Origin: Acidobacteriaceae bacterium
GTDB lineage: Bacteria > Acidobacteriota > Terriglobia > Terriglobales > Acidobacteriaceae
Reading direction: 5' to 3'
DNA length: 64,000 bases
Assembly (NCBI GenBank): GCA_027452245.1
Contig: DAIDGW010000017.1
Span: forward strand, 18,483-82,482
The notes below the pieces were generated by a model. That model was not told where the DNA came from. It was given only the letters and a program-made list of their open reading frames with translations, and did no database searches. This document shows, piece by piece, positions 9,389 through 19,707 of the stretch; within the stretch, counting starts at the first letter, position 1, and every line of letters begins with the position of its first letter. A program made the position numbers and the translations under genes.

Positions 9389-10033
9389 TTGCGAGGAAAC
9401 AAGAACGAAGCCACTGGATTTACCCCCTCCGAACTCCGGAAATTGCAGAGCATGGGTAATCCACATGGAATTCAGATGTTTCTGGATTCCATTCCCTATC
9501 ACCTTCAAGACACCGCTTGGTCTCCCCGGCGGGTTCTGACGGAACAGACGGCTCATTGTCTGGAGGGAGCAATTTTTGCCGCTGCTGCGCTGAGAGCCAA
9601 CGGATATCCTCCCCTGCTGCTTGATTTCGAGGCCGATCACGATACCGATCACGTCATCGCAGTCTTCCGCGAAAATGGCTGCTGGGGCGCGGTGGCCAAA
9701 TCAAACTATACGGGCTGCCGCTGGCGTGAACCCGTGTACCGCAACCTCCGCGAACTGGCGCTGAGCTACTTCAACAATTATTTCAATCTTCGCCGCGAGC
9801 GAACGCTTCGCCGCTTTTCCCTCCCCGTTAACCTGAAGCGCTTTGATCGTCAGAACTGGATGACCACCGACCAGCCCGTTTGGTTTATCGTCTACCACTT
9901 GCTGGAGATCAAACATTACCCACTGCTCTCAGCCCAGCAGGTGAAAGCCCTGCATCGGGTCGACGAACGTCTCTTCCAGGCGGAGTGCCTGGGCAAGGCA
10001 TACAAGAGCATGCCTTCGACAGCCCGGGATTAA
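9389..10033 (+). CDS. conserved hypothetical protein with transglutaminase-like Cys/His arrangement (tentative)
   Basis: 214 aa with protein-like composition. 'HCLEGAIFAAAALRANGYPPLLL...DHVIAVFRENGCWGAV' resembles the Cys...His...(Asp) core pattern of transglutaminase-like/papain-fold proteins. Confidence 0.5.
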   Translation: MRGNKNEATGFTPSELRKLQSMGNPHGIQMFLDSIPYHLQDTAWSPRRVLTEQTAHCLEGAIFAAAALRANGYPPLLLDFEADHDTDHVIAVFRENGCWGAVAKSNYTGCRWREPVYRNLRELALSYFNNYFNLRRERTLRRFSLPVNLKRFDRQNWMTTDQPVWFIVYHLLEIKHYPLLSAQQVKALHRVDERLFQAECLGKAYKSMPSTARD

Positions 10034-10121
10034 TCTCGAAATCATTCACACCCCTTCCCTCCAGTCCATGCAGTCCAAATGACCTCTCTTTGGGGTAAGC
10101 TGTGAATGTTGGTTCCGGAAT

Positions 10122-10808
10122 ATGAACCTTCTTTTGCTCGGCCACGGAAAAACCGGCTCTCTCGTTGCAGAGGTTGCTCAGCAACGAAAGCATCATGTCC
10201 GAGTTGTGAAGTCGTCGGAGAATGTGAACTGCTCTGCGCTGATTCCCGAAAAGCTGCGTGACATTGATGCGGTAATCGATTTCACTACTCCTCATTGCAT
10301 ACGGGCCCACATTGAAGCTTGCGTTCGCGCCGGCAAGAGTATGGTTGTCGGCACCACGGGCTGGTATGCAGAAATTCCCCATGTCAAAAACGTGGTTCAG
10401 AATTCGGGCATAGGTTTTGTCTATGCCCCGAATTTTTCGGTCGGCGTCAATCTATTCTTCGACATCGTTCGCACGGCAGCCGCAGCCTTGCGACACGAAT
10501 ACACAGGACAGATCTTCGAACGTCACCATGTTCACAAGAAGGATGCGCCGTCGGGAACGGCAATCGCAGTTCAACGAGCGCTTCAGGAATCAGGCCATAC
10601 CGACGAAATCGTGGAGATCACCTCATTCCGCGAGGGCGAAGTAATCGGCCTGCATGAGCTCGTTCTAGAATCGGCTGCCGATCGGATTTATCTCTGCCAT
10701 GATGCCAAATCCCGCCGCGGTTTCGCAGAAGGCGCTGTACGCGCGGCCGAGTGGCTTATAGGGAAAAAGGGATTTTACGAATTTAAAGATATTTGGCGAG
10801 AACTGTAA
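10122..10808 (+). CDS. dapB: 4-hydroxy-tetrahydrodipicolinate reductase
   Basis: Motifs 'AVIDFTTP', 'MVVGTTGW', 'APNFSVGVNLF' and 'ERHHVHKKDAPSGTA' are diagnostic DapB motifs. Confidence 0.9.
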   Translation: MNLLLLGHGKTGSLVAEVAQQRKHHVRVVKSSENVNCSALIPEKLRDIDAVIDFTTPHCIRAHIEACVRAGKSMVVGTTGWYAEIPHVKNVVQNSGIGFVYAPNFSVGVNLFFDIVRTAAAALRHEYTGQIFERHHVHKKDAPSGTAIAVQRALQESGHTDEIVEITSFREGEVIGLHELVLESAADRIYLCHDAKSRRGFAEGAVRAAEWLIGKKGFYEFKDIWREL

Positions 10809-10918
10809 ATTCACTTGTCCTGCATTCTGTAACCTGCACGCTTGCTGGACGAGCAGTTGATCCGCCGACTGCTTCCATTCATTTCTCACCGCTGCTCCAT
10901 TCGCGCTATCTTATAGCT

Positions 10919-12049
10919 ATGCAACTTCGTGGATGCGGTACGGCTCTGGTCACTCCTTTTCATCAAGACGGTTCGATCGACGATGTGGCATTCCGTGTTC
11001 TCGTCGCGTGGCAAATCGAATCCGGAATCGACTTCCTTGTTCCGTGCGGCACCACCGGCGAAACTCCCACGCTTACGCACGATGAGTGGCTTTACGTCGT
11101 GGATACGACGATTGAAGTCACGGCGGGACGCGTTCCCATCGTGGCTGGCGCAACTTCGAACTCTACGCACGATGCCGTCGCCAAGGCGAAAGAACTTGCG
11201 GCCCGTCCCGGCGTGAATTTTATCCTTACCGCTTCACCGTATTACAACAAGCCCACACAGGAAGGCCAGTATCGGCACTTCCGTGCAATTGCAGAAGCCG
11301 TTGCCGAGAAACCGATCATCCTCTACAACGTCCCTGGACGCACTGCCGCCAACATCGAACCTGCCACTCTGGCGAGGTTGGCGGAAATTCCCAACATCAT
11401 TGGGGTAAAAGAAGCCAGCGGCAACATGACCCAGATTGCGGAAGTGATCAGCCTTCTTCCGGAATCATTCCTTGTCTTCTCAGGCGATGACGCCATCACG
11501 CTTCCGGTAATTGCATTGGGAGGAGTTGGGATCATCTCGGTGGCTTCGAATGAAGTTCCAAGCGAAATGGCAACGATGACGCGCGCAGCCCTAGAGAACG
11601 ATTGGACAACTGCTCGTTCGTTGTGCCGCAAATATCTGGCTCTGATGCAAGCCAACTTCATCGAATCCAGCCCGCTGCCGGTAAAGGCTGTGTTGGCAAT
11701 GATGGGCAAAATCGAAGAGGTATATCGACTTCCGCTCGTCCCGATGCGCCGCGACACACGTTCACGGCTGCAGAAGATTGCCACAGAACTTGGGCTCGTG
11801 GCCAAGACTTCCGGAACTTCCGCTGACTCCACGGAATTTTTTATCTACGAAAACTGGGCCGCCGGCCCCCACAAGATTGTTCTGCACCGCGCTTCCTGCG
11901 GGCAGTGCAGCCATGGCAAGGGACGCCCCGCCGGTCACGACGCTAACCACGCCCGCTGGCACGGCCCGTACTCCAGCCTGTCACTAGCCCGAGAGTCTGC
12001 CCATGCCATGACGGGCATTCTGATTCGCAGCGAATGCAAGTGTGTGTGA
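10919..12049 (+). CDS. dapA: 4-hydroxy-tetrahydrodipicolinate synthase with an 82-aa Cys/His-rich C-terminal extension
   Basis: Start at ATG 10919 (MQLRGCGTALVTPF). 'GTTGE', 'YNVPGRT' and 'IIGVKEASG' are DapA motifs. The canonical end (~'IATELGLV') is followed in frame by 82 extra residues containing CxxC and CxC. Confidence 0.9.
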   Translation: MQLRGCGTALVTPFHQDGSIDDVAFRVLVAWQIESGIDFLVPCGTTGETPTLTHDEWLYVVDTTIEVTAGRVPIVAGATSNSTHDAVAKAKELAARPGVNFILTASPYYNKPTQEGQYRHFRAIAEAVAEKPIILYNVPGRTAANIEPATLARLAEIPNIIGVKEASGNMTQIAEVISLLPESFLVFSGDDAITLPVIALGGVGIISVASNEVPSEMATMTRAALENDWTTARSLCRKYLALMQANFIESSPLPVKAVLAMMGKIEEVYRLPLVPMRRDTRSRLQKIATELGLVAKTSGTSADSTEFFIYENWAAGPHKIVLHRASCGQCSHGKGRPAGHDANHARWHGPYSSLSLARESAHAMTGILIRSECKCV

Positions 12050-12100
12050 AATATCTTCCCTGGCGCTCGCGGACAGCTCAATCCTTTATACTTCTTCCGC

Positions 12101-12928
12101 ATGTCTTCCCTGAGAGCTGCGATTGAGCGCTTCGCCACACATGGCGAGATCGAACATAATCACGAGGCACGGGCAGCTTTTCTCGAATTTCGCGGGGAAC
12201 TGACACGCGGCTCGATTCGTGCTGCTGAGAAAATCGACGGCCGCTGGGTCGTGAATACCTGGATCAAACAAGGAATTCTTCTCGGGTTTCGGCTGGGACA
12301 ACTCGCGGAATTGAGCGCCGGCTTGTCATTTGTGGACAAGGACACGTTCCCCGCACGCCAGTTCTCGGTGGCAGATCGCATTCGTGTCGTCCCGGGTGGT
12401 TCTTCCGTGCGTACGGGTGCCTACATAGCGCCCTCCGTCATTTGCATGCCTCCGATGTTCATCAATGTGGGAGCCTATGTCGATGAAGGCACGATGATCG
12501 ACTCGCATGCGCTGGTCGGATCCTGTGCCCAGATTGGGAAGCGCGTGCATCTGAGTGCCGCAGCACAAATCGGAGGCGTCCTCGAGCCGATCAATGCGGC
12601 ACCGGTCATCATTGAAGACGACGTGCTTATCGGCGGGAATTGCGGAGTTTACGAAGGTACTCTCGTCCGCGCCCGTGCGGTCCTCGGCGCGGGCACAATT
12701 CTTACCCGCTCCACTCCCGTTTACGATCTGCCGCGTAATCAGGTATATCGCGCCAGTCCTGAATCGCCCCTTGAGGTGCCGGAAAATGCGGTGGTCGTTC
12801 CGGGCTCCCGTGCCGTCACTAAAAATTCCGCGGGGCATTGGGGAATCTCGCTATACACCCCCGTTATCGTAAAGTATCGCGACGACAAGACCGATCGCGG
12901 GATTGAACTGGAAGAATGGCTCAGATAA
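12101..12928 (+). CDS. dapD: 2,3,4,5-tetrahydropyridine-2,6-dicarboxylate N-succinyltransferase
   Basis: 275 aa. Left-handed beta-helix hexapeptide repeats ('IGKRVHLSAAAQIGGVLEP...VIIEDDVLIGGNCGVYEG'). Completes a dapB-dapA-dapD cluster. Confidence 0.9.
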   Translation: MSSLRAAIERFATHGEIEHNHEARAAFLEFRGELTRGSIRAAEKIDGRWVVNTWIKQGILLGFRLGQLAELSAGLSFVDKDTFPARQFSVADRIRVVPGGSSVRTGAYIAPSVICMPPMFINVGAYVDEGTMIDSHALVGSCAQIGKRVHLSAAAQIGGVLEPINAAPVIIEDDVLIGGNCGVYEGTLVRARAVLGAGTILTRSTPVYDLPRNQVYRASPESPLEVPENAVVVPGSRAVTKNSAGHWGISLYTPVIVKYRDDKTDRGIELEEWLR

Positions 12929-12973
12929 CCCGAAACGCCTGGCGGATCAGCCGCCGCTGGGGCAATATCGAAG

Positions 12974-13708
12974 TCATGGGATTGCATCCGTCCGCAATTG
13001 CAGATGACGCCCCCGAAAATGAGCTTTAGCCCGCTCTCCCCACGCTCTCAGAAACCAGTAATTCAACGCTGCACCAATGGCGGAACTAGCCAACGGGATC
13101 GTACGCCCAGCCCATTTTTCCACCACGTCCTTGCTGGCCTGCGCGGCAATCCGTTCAATCACCCGCGGTACAAACCGGTTGAGCAGTTCTTTCTCAAGTA
13201 AATCGCGGCTGATATCCACTCCCGCAGCGCTTGCTGCGGCAATCCATAATTCTGCGATCTCCTCGTCAGTATTGAATTCAAAGCCATAAACTAAACTAAG
13301 CTTCTGAATGGTCCGCATCGTGATTGCCGATAGAACGCCCATGTCGGGAACGATAGTGATTAGTCCACCGAGGCCGAATCCCGCCCCTTCTACGGCGGCC
13401 AGTTTCACTCCACCGCGGATAATATCGTCTGCGACCGCATCGACTTCTCCGATCGGCAATGAGTGGACGCCGTGATATCCGCTGATCGGCAAGCGATATG
13501 CCGCGCGCAACTGAAGCAGGAATTTTGCCGGATTCACCTGCACGGTCGAGTAGGCGCGCGTCAATCCCTTGATCAGCGCTTTCTCGACCCGCGTTCTCAA
13601 CCAGGATTTGCGCTCTTCGCTCATCGATTCATCGCGCTCTAGCGAGTTAGACGCTGGAACCGGCGCGGGAGTCGCTCCGCAATCCTCGTGCGAGAGAAAA
13701 CTCGTCAT
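12974..13708 (-). CDS. EcsC family protein
   Basis: 244 aa. 'LAAVEGAGFGLGGLITIVPDMGVLSAITMRTIQKLSLVYGF' and 'PLASSAIGAALNYWF' match the EcsC family pattern as I recall it. Confidence 0.65.
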   Translation of the reverse strand: MTSFLSHEDCGATPAPVPASNSLERDESMSEERKSWLRTRVEKALIKGLTRAYSTVQVNPAKFLLQLRAAYRLPISGYHGVHSLPIGEVDAVADDIIRGGVKLAAVEGAGFGLGGLITIVPDMGVLSAITMRTIQKLSLVYGFEFNTDEEIAELWIAAASAAGVDISRDLLEKELLNRFVPRVIERIAAQASKDVVEKWAGRTIPLASSAIGAALNYWFLRAWGERAKAHFRGRHLQLRTDAIP

Positions 13709-13756
13709 CGTTAGGCCTGTGCGCCTGTGCTAGCATCGACTTTACTCCTTCTTCTC

Positions 13757-15421
13757 ATGGCAACCGGAAAACTGCAAATCGTTCCATTAGGCGGACTGGG
13801 CGAGTTCGGCATGAACTGTATGGCCGTCCGCTGGGGAGACGACATCATCGTCATCGATGCCGGCCTGATGTTTCCTGAAGCAGAACTCCTCGGCGTTGAC
13901 ATTGTTGTTCCTGATATCTCGTATCTAATCGAGAACCGGCAGCGCATTCGCGCAATCATTCTTACCCACGGCCACGAAGATCACATCGGAGCACTGCCGT
14001 GGTTTCTCAGTGAGCTCAAGATTCCCGTTTATGGAACTGAGTTCACCCTCGCCTACGTTGAGGACAAACTCGATGAGCATGGTCTTCTGGATGACGCCGA
14101 TCTTCGCGAAATTCGAGCCAATGAGCGCTTCAGGGCAGGCATTTTCACAATCCATCCGATTCAAGTCACGCATAGCTTGGTCGATTGCGTAGCGCTTGCT
14201 ATTCATACGCCGCTCGGGGTCATTATTCACACGGGCGATTTCAAGGTGGACCCAACTCCGACGGACAACAAACTATTCGATCTGCATACCTTCGCAGAAT
14301 ATGGCAAAGAAGGCGTCCTGGCTCTTTTTCAGGACTCTACCAACGTCGAACGCAAGGGATATACCCCAAGTGAACGTGCCGTTCGCCGCAAGTTTGATGA
14401 AGTCTTCGCCCACACGAAACGCAGGTTGTTCATTTCGTGCTTTTCCTCCTCCATTCACCGCATTAACTTGGCAGTGGAACTTGCGTATCAGCATGGCCGA
14501 AAGGTTGCCTTCATCGGACGATCGATGAACAACTCGGCCGAGATTGCCGAGGACCTCGGCTACATTGAGATTCCCGAAGGCCTGATCGTCAATCCTGGCG
14601 AGATGAAGAATGTTCCGCCCGAAAAACTCTGCGTTATCATCAGCGGCACCCAAGGCGAACCGATGTCCGCACTTTCTCGTGCTGCGGTCGACAATCACAA
14701 GCACGCGAAGATCGAAAAGGGTGACACGGTAATGCTTTCGTCCCGCATTATCCCTGGCAACGAGAAGACAATCTATCGCATGATTGATCACCTCTTCCGC
14801 CGGGAAGCCCACGTTATCTACGAAGATGGGACTTCTCCACCGGTTCACGTCAGCGGCCACGCCAGCCAGGAAGAACTCAAACTGCTCATCAATCTGGTGA
14901 AGCCCCGTTACTTCATTCCGATTCATGGCGAATACCGGCAACTCAAGCTTCATGCTGAAATGGCCGCCGCCATGCGAAGTTCGGTGGGAAAGGTCATGCT
15001 GATCGAAAGCGGAGAGATTCTTGAGTTCGACGAACTCGGTGCTCGCAAATCGGGACGCATCAATGTCGGCCGGGTTTGCATCGATTCCGGCAATCGTACC
15101 GATGTCGTCGAGGATCTGATCATCAAAGATCGACGCCACCTCAGCGAGGACGGCATTGTGCTGCCCATTATCGCCATCAACAAGCTCAGCGGGCGCGTAG
15201 AGACTTCTCCCGAGATCGTAACTCGGGGCTTCAACGCCGGAGAAAATGGGTTCATGGACGGCGCCCGGCAGATCGTTATGGATACACTCGAGCAATCGAG
15301 CGAAGAAGAGAAAACTGACTATGGTGTAATCAAAGAGAAGATCCGGGCCGACCTGAAGCGATATATTTCCAAGCAGTCCCAGCGTCGGCCCCTGATCATG
15401 CCCGTGATTCTGGAAATTTGA
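13757..15421 (+). CDS. rnj: ribonuclease J
   Basis: Metallo-beta-lactamase motif 'ILTHGHEDHIGALP', a beta-CASP region, 'HVSGHASQEEL' and 'PIHGEYR'. Start set at ATG 13757 (MATGKLQIVPLGG). Confidence 0.9.
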   Translation: MATGKLQIVPLGGLGEFGMNCMAVRWGDDIIVIDAGLMFPEAELLGVDIVVPDISYLIENRQRIRAIILTHGHEDHIGALPWFLSELKIPVYGTEFTLAYVEDKLDEHGLLDDADLREIRANERFRAGIFTIHPIQVTHSLVDCVALAIHTPLGVIIHTGDFKVDPTPTDNKLFDLHTFAEYGKEGVLALFQDSTNVERKGYTPSERAVRRKFDEVFAHTKRRLFISCFSSSIHRINLAVELAYQHGRKVAFIGRSMNNSAEIAEDLGYIEIPEGLIVNPGEMKNVPPEKLCVIISGTQGEPMSALSRAAVDNHKHAKIEKGDTVMLSSRIIPGNEKTIYRMIDHLFRREAHVIYEDGTSPPVHVSGHASQEELKLLINLVKPRYFIPIHGEYRQLKLHAEMAAAMRSSVGKVMLIESGEILEFDELGARKSGRINVGRVCIDSGNRTDVVEDLIIKDRRHLSEDGIVLPIIAINKLSGRVETSPEIVTRGFNAGENGFMDGARQIVMDTLEQSSEEEKTDYGVIKEKIRADLKRYISKQSQRRPLIMPVILEI

Positions 15422-15449
15422 TTGACCGCCTTTCCCGCATTAGTAGCTG

Positions 15450-16442
15450 ATGATCACTCTTGCCGACATTCACTCCGCTAGAACTCGCTTGAATAGTGTT
15501 GTGGTCCGCACCCGGTTGGTTCCATTCGAACATGCGGTGCCCCGCGTCTCGCGAGATTTGCGAGATATGGGAATTTCAACGGCCGGTCTGTTCCTCAAGC
15601 CGGAAAACCAGCAACCCATCGGGGCTTTTAAGCTCCGTGGCGCCTACAACAAGATCGCTGCACTCTCACCGGATGATCGAAATCGGGGGGTAATCTCTTA
15701 CTCCAGCGGCAACCACGCACAGGGAGTCGCTTACGCCGCCCGGGCGCTTGGCGTGAAGTCAGTGATCGTCATGCCTGGCAACGCACCGCACATCAAGCAG
15801 GAAGCGACGGCCAAACTGGGAGCGGAAATCGTCCTGGTCGGCCCAGGCAGTGATGAACGCAAACGTAAGGCGGAAGACCTGGCGGCACAATATGGATACA
15901 TCGTCGTTCCTCCCTACAATGACGAACACATCATCGCCGGGCAGGGAACAATCGGACTGGAAATCCTCGAAGATCTGCCCGATGTAGAACTCGTGCTGGC
16001 ACCCGTCGGCGGCGGTGGTCTGATCAGCGGAGTAGCAACGGCTATCAAGCTGACCAAGCCGTGGATCAAGATTGTCGGAGTAGAACCGGACCTTGCTGCT
16101 GACGCCCAGGCCAGCTTCCGTTCCGGGAAAATAGTGCAATTCCCAGCAGAGCTGGTTTCTAGAACTGTGGCCGATGGTCTGCGCACTCAAAGCATTGGCC
16201 CAATCAACTTCGAACACATCCGGAATTACGTCGACGACATCATCACCGTTAAGGAAGATGAAATTCAACAGACAATGAAACTGCTAGCGCAGAATGATCA
16301 GACAATCGCAGAACCCAGCGGTGCTGTCGCCACAGCGGGATTTCTTTTCCACTGTGCTGAACTTCTCAAAACGAAGATGTCTGTAGCAATCATCTCCGGA
16401 GGCAACATCGAACCAGCACTGTTCGCGGAGCTTCGCGACTAA
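15450..16442 (+). CDS. PLP-dependent threonine/serine dehydratase (short form, no ACT-like regulatory domain)
   Basis: PLP-lysine motif 'QPIGAFKLRGAYNK', 'YSSGNHAQGVAYAA' and Gly loop 'PVGGGGLISG'. At 330 aa it is too short for a two-domain biosynthetic IlvA. Confidence 0.8.
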   Translation: MITLADIHSARTRLNSVVVRTRLVPFEHAVPRVSRDLRDMGISTAGLFLKPENQQPIGAFKLRGAYNKIAALSPDDRNRGVISYSSGNHAQGVAYAARALGVKSVIVMPGNAPHIKQEATAKLGAEIVLVGPGSDERKRKAEDLAAQYGYIVVPPYNDEHIIAGQGTIGLEILEDLPDVELVLAPVGGGGLISGVATAIKLTKPWIKIVGVEPDLAADAQASFRSGKIVQFPAELVSRTVADGLRTQSIGPINFEHIRNYVDDIITVKEDEIQQTMKLLAQNDQTIAEPSGAVATAGFLFHCAELLKTKMSVAIISGGNIEPALFAELRD

Positions 16443-16658
16443 ACCCCAGTTCACCGAGATGGCCGCCACACATTACTTCAGTTTTGAAAGCCATGTTACC
16501 AATAGCTTGCGATCACCTGTCTGCAACCCAGATGATTTCCAGCACTTGTACAGTATTGTTCTCGCCAGATTTGGGATGAACTCTGAACGAATGAGAAGTA
16601 CTGTAGATTCTAGGATTTACCCAACCATTCACAAGGATCTTTGCGCCCCTGATGGCCA

Positions 16659-18554
16659 TTGCCATGCAATCTCCAACGCGGAATCGCAAGAGGAGTGCCG
16701 AGCAGCACGGGGGCAGGAATGGACGCAACACCCAGAGCAAAAATATCTGGCGAACAGTTGCAGAGCAACAGCATCCAGGATCGATTGCGTGTTACGGAGC
16801 GGCGCGACTGGTGGCTGTGGCTCTGCGCGGTCATCATCACCCTGCTGCTGACCGGGACCATTGTTACTTTCGGATTTCCAGCATTCCACTTGCATTGGCA
16901 GGAGTTCGACGCCGCCCCTCTTGACGACACTGTGCTCGGCCTTGTCGGGATGGTCCTTCTGTTTGACATCTACACCGTTTATCAACACTTCCAGATTCAG
17001 GGCGTGCGCAAGCAATTGGTCGAACGCGAAGAGATCTTTCGACTCATCACTGAGAACGCAGCAGACATGATCGCGGTTGTAGATACGAATGGTAAACGGT
17101 TCTATAACAGCCCGTCATACTACAACATTCTTGGCTACAGACCAGAAGAACTGGGCGCGAGCCACGCCTTCGATCAGATCCATCCTGAAGATCTGGAGAA
17201 GGTCAGGAAGGCTGCGCTTGAAGCACAACAGACTGGAATTGGTCGCAGCGTTGAATATCGGATGCGACACAAGGATGGTAGCTGGCGAACGCTGGAATCC
17301 CAAGCCAGTACGATCTCAAAAAATGGCAGCGTTGAAAAGCTCGTAATCGTTAATCGTGACATCACCGAACGCAAGCACCTGGAAGAACAATTCCGGCAGG
17401 CACAAAAGATGGAAGCGGTGGGACGGCTTTCCGGAGGCGTCGCTCACGATTTCAATAACCTGCTCGGCGTAATGATCGGCTACGGAGAAGTCCTGCAAGA
17501 TGGAACACCTGAAAGTAGTCCGTTGCGTCCCTGTGTCGACGAAGTTTTGAAGGCAGGACATCGCGCCGCCTCACTCACTCGACAACTTCTCACCTTCAGC
17601 CGACAGCAGGTTCTTGATCCAAAGGTTCTGGATCTCAATTCGATAGTCCGCGATATGGAAAAGCTGTTGCGTCGACTGATTGGTGAAGATATAAAGCTCG
17701 TAACTGAGCTTGAACCCTCAATCGTGCAGGTCCGCGCCGACCACGGGCAGGTTGAGCAGGTCATCATGAACCTGGCTGTCAATGCGCGGGACGCCATGCC
17801 ACAGGGTGGACAACTCAAAATCACCACCTCCAACTTCCACATGGATGAGAGCTTCGTTCGACATTATCCGTATCCAGTCTCGACAGGAGACTACCTCTTA
17901 CTCACCGTTTCCGATACCGGCATCGGCATGGATGCCTCGACTCGCGCCCGAGTTTTTGAACCCTTCTTTACTACAAAGGAAAAAGGTAAGGGGACTGGAC
18001 TGGGACTCTCCACGGTGTATGGCGTCGTGAAACAGAGTGGAGGATATATCGACATTGCGAGCGAACCTGGGGCTGGGGCATCCTTCATGATTTACCTCCC
18101 TAAAGTTGAAGGTACATCTGAGAAAGTAAAACAGCCCCCGGAATCTCAGGGATCATGGAAGGGAACGGAAACAATTCTCTTGGTGGAGGACGAATCATCG
18201 CTGCGTACTCTAAGCCGTAATCTTCTGGAAAGTTGTGGATATGCGGTGCTGGAAGCAGGTTGCGGCGAAGACGCTTTGCACTTATCTGAAAAGCATGAAG
18301 GAAAGATCGATCTACTGCTCACTGACGTGGTGATGCCCGGAATTAGCGGTCGTGTGCTGGCGGACGAGTTGCTTCGAAAGCGCCCCGAAACGCGAGTTCT
18401 CTACACTTCCGGCTATACAGGCCAGACGATTGGCGCGCATGGTGTGTTGGCCGAAGGGTCTTTCTTCTTACCCAAGCCTTTCACGCGCGAGGCCTTGGCC
18501 AAGAAAGTTCGAGAGACTCTCGATGTCGCTGCGGTCGCAGCAACAGCCGTTTGA
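16659..18554 (+). CDS. hybrid sensor histidine kinase (TM - PAS - HisKA - HATPase - REC)
   Basis: Two hydrophobic helices, PAS ('FRLITENAADMIAVVD'), H-box 'GGVAHDFNNLL', ATPase boxes 'NLAVNARDAM', 'DTGIGM' and 'GTGLGLS', and a C-terminal receiver 'ILLVEDE...DLLLTDVVMPG'. The ORF-track start is TTG; the exact start is uncertain. Confidence 0.85.
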   Translation: MPCNLQRGIARGVPSSTGAGMDATPRAKISGEQLQSNSIQDRLRVTERRDWWLWLCAVIITLLLTGTIVTFGFPAFHLHWQEFDAAPLDDTVLGLVGMVLLFDIYTVYQHFQIQGVRKQLVEREEIFRLITENAADMIAVVDTNGKRFYNSPSYYNILGYRPEELGASHAFDQIHPEDLEKVRKAALEAQQTGIGRSVEYRMRHKDGSWRTLESQASTISKNGSVEKLVIVNRDITERKHLEEQFRQAQKMEAVGRLSGGVAHDFNNLLGVMIGYGEVLQDGTPESSPLRPCVDEVLKAGHRAASLTRQLLTFSRQQVLDPKVLDLNSIVRDMEKLLRRLIGEDIKLVTELEPSIVQVRADHGQVEQVIMNLAVNARDAMPQGGQLKITTSNFHMDESFVRHYPYPVSTGDYLLLTVSDTGIGMDASTRARVFEPFFTTKEKGKGTGLGLSTVYGVVKQSGGYIDIASEPGAGASFMIYLPKVEGTSEKVKQPPESQGSWKGTETILLVEDESSLRTLSRNLLESCGYAVLEAGCGEDALHLSEKHEGKIDLLLTDVVMPGISGRVLADELLRKRPETRVLYTSGYTGQTIGAHGVLAEGSFFLPKPFTREALAKKVRETLDVAAVAATAV

Positions 18555-18596
18555 AAGAATCTGAAAGGTGTGCAGGTTCGAAGAGAAAGGATAACT

Positions 18597-19268
18597 ATGC
18601 AGAAGATCTTGATTGTCGACGATGATGATGCCATGCGCGGAATGGTAAAAATGCGCCTTGCTGATACTTACCAGACAATAGATACCGGTAACCCCGTACA
18701 GGCCTTGGAACTGGCGCTGGAGCACAAACCGGCGGCGATCCTGCTCGATCTGATGATGCCTAATTGTTCCGGATTCGAGCTTTGCCAGAGCTTTCACAAT
18801 CTCAGCTATACGGCACGGATTCCCATCTTTGTCGTCAGTGGCGAGTCTGCCGGGAAATACCGCGAGTACATGAGCAACCTCGGGGCAGCCGGATACTTTG
18901 AGAAGCCGATTAACTTTGCCGAACTCAAGACCCGCCTAGCGCAGGAAATCAAAGCAAGCCGTGCTGAGCGTCGGACCTCTGTTCGAGTTCGGATGAAGAT
19001 GGTTTTAAAGCTGAAGGGAACCGATCAGTCAGGCCGTTCGTTTGAGCAGCTTACGACCACCGAAAACGTGAGTGCGGGCGGCTTTCTCTCACCTCTGCCC
19101 ATCGCTTTACCTGAGAATGCAACCCTACAGGTCTTCCTCTCAGGAGCCGGTGGCGATCGCTATGCCGGAAAGGTGCACGTCGTACGCCGAGAGGCGCCGG
19201 ACACACCGTGGCAGAAATATGCGTTTCGCTTTACGGAGCGTACAGCCGAGTGGATCTTGCAAGGCTGA
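18597..19268 (+). CDS. response regulator with C-terminal PilZ (c-di-GMP-binding type) domain
   Basis: REC 'ILIVDDDDAM...AILLDLMMPNCSG...FEKP', then 'RRTSVRVRM...TENVSAGGF', which matches the PilZ RxxxR / (D/N)xSxxG pattern. Start at ATG 18597. Confidence 0.8.
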   Translation: MQKILIVDDDDAMRGMVKMRLADTYQTIDTGNPVQALELALEHKPAAILLDLMMPNCSGFELCQSFHNLSYTARIPIFVVSGESAGKYREYMSNLGAAGYFEKPINFAELKTRLAQEIKASRAERRTSVRVRMKMVLKLKGTDQSGRSFEQLTTTENVSAGGFLSPLPIALPENATLQVFLSGAGGDRYAGKVHVVRREAPDTPWQKYAFRFTERTAEWILQG

Positions 19269-19707
19269 GGAACTTGAGATTGCAAATCACCTCCCCCTCC
19301 CTCGTGTTCGCGATTCGTAACAAGCGCGCATACAGGCGGCTATCCCGTCTCACTCAGTCCCGAACCTGACAGGCCCAATTCGGGGTGCCGTATGTGAGCA
19401 AGCTCGGCTTCGGCAATCCCGACCCTTACTGCGGATTCGTACCGCCGCATCGTTATTCTGACAAAGCATTTACAAGATGCCGACTGGCAGTCCAACACTA
19501 CTCTCCAATTGTCCCTGCATCGCCGCTCTCGGCCCGCGCTATTCTCCATCTATACCGCCGCCTTAGCCTGTTCGGATTTCGTAAATCATCCACGTGAATC
19601 AATAGCTTTGACTAGCGGTCTATACTATGCTCATCGTTCGAAAATTTCGTATCGGTCCCGATTCTGGGATCGCCATTTGAAACTATGCTGTCCGGACGAT
19701 TCACAGC

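Noticed and set aside
14273-15295. 340-aa ORF antisense to RNase J
   Set aside because: The opposite frame carries unmistakable RNase J motifs. The antisense product has no recognisable features.
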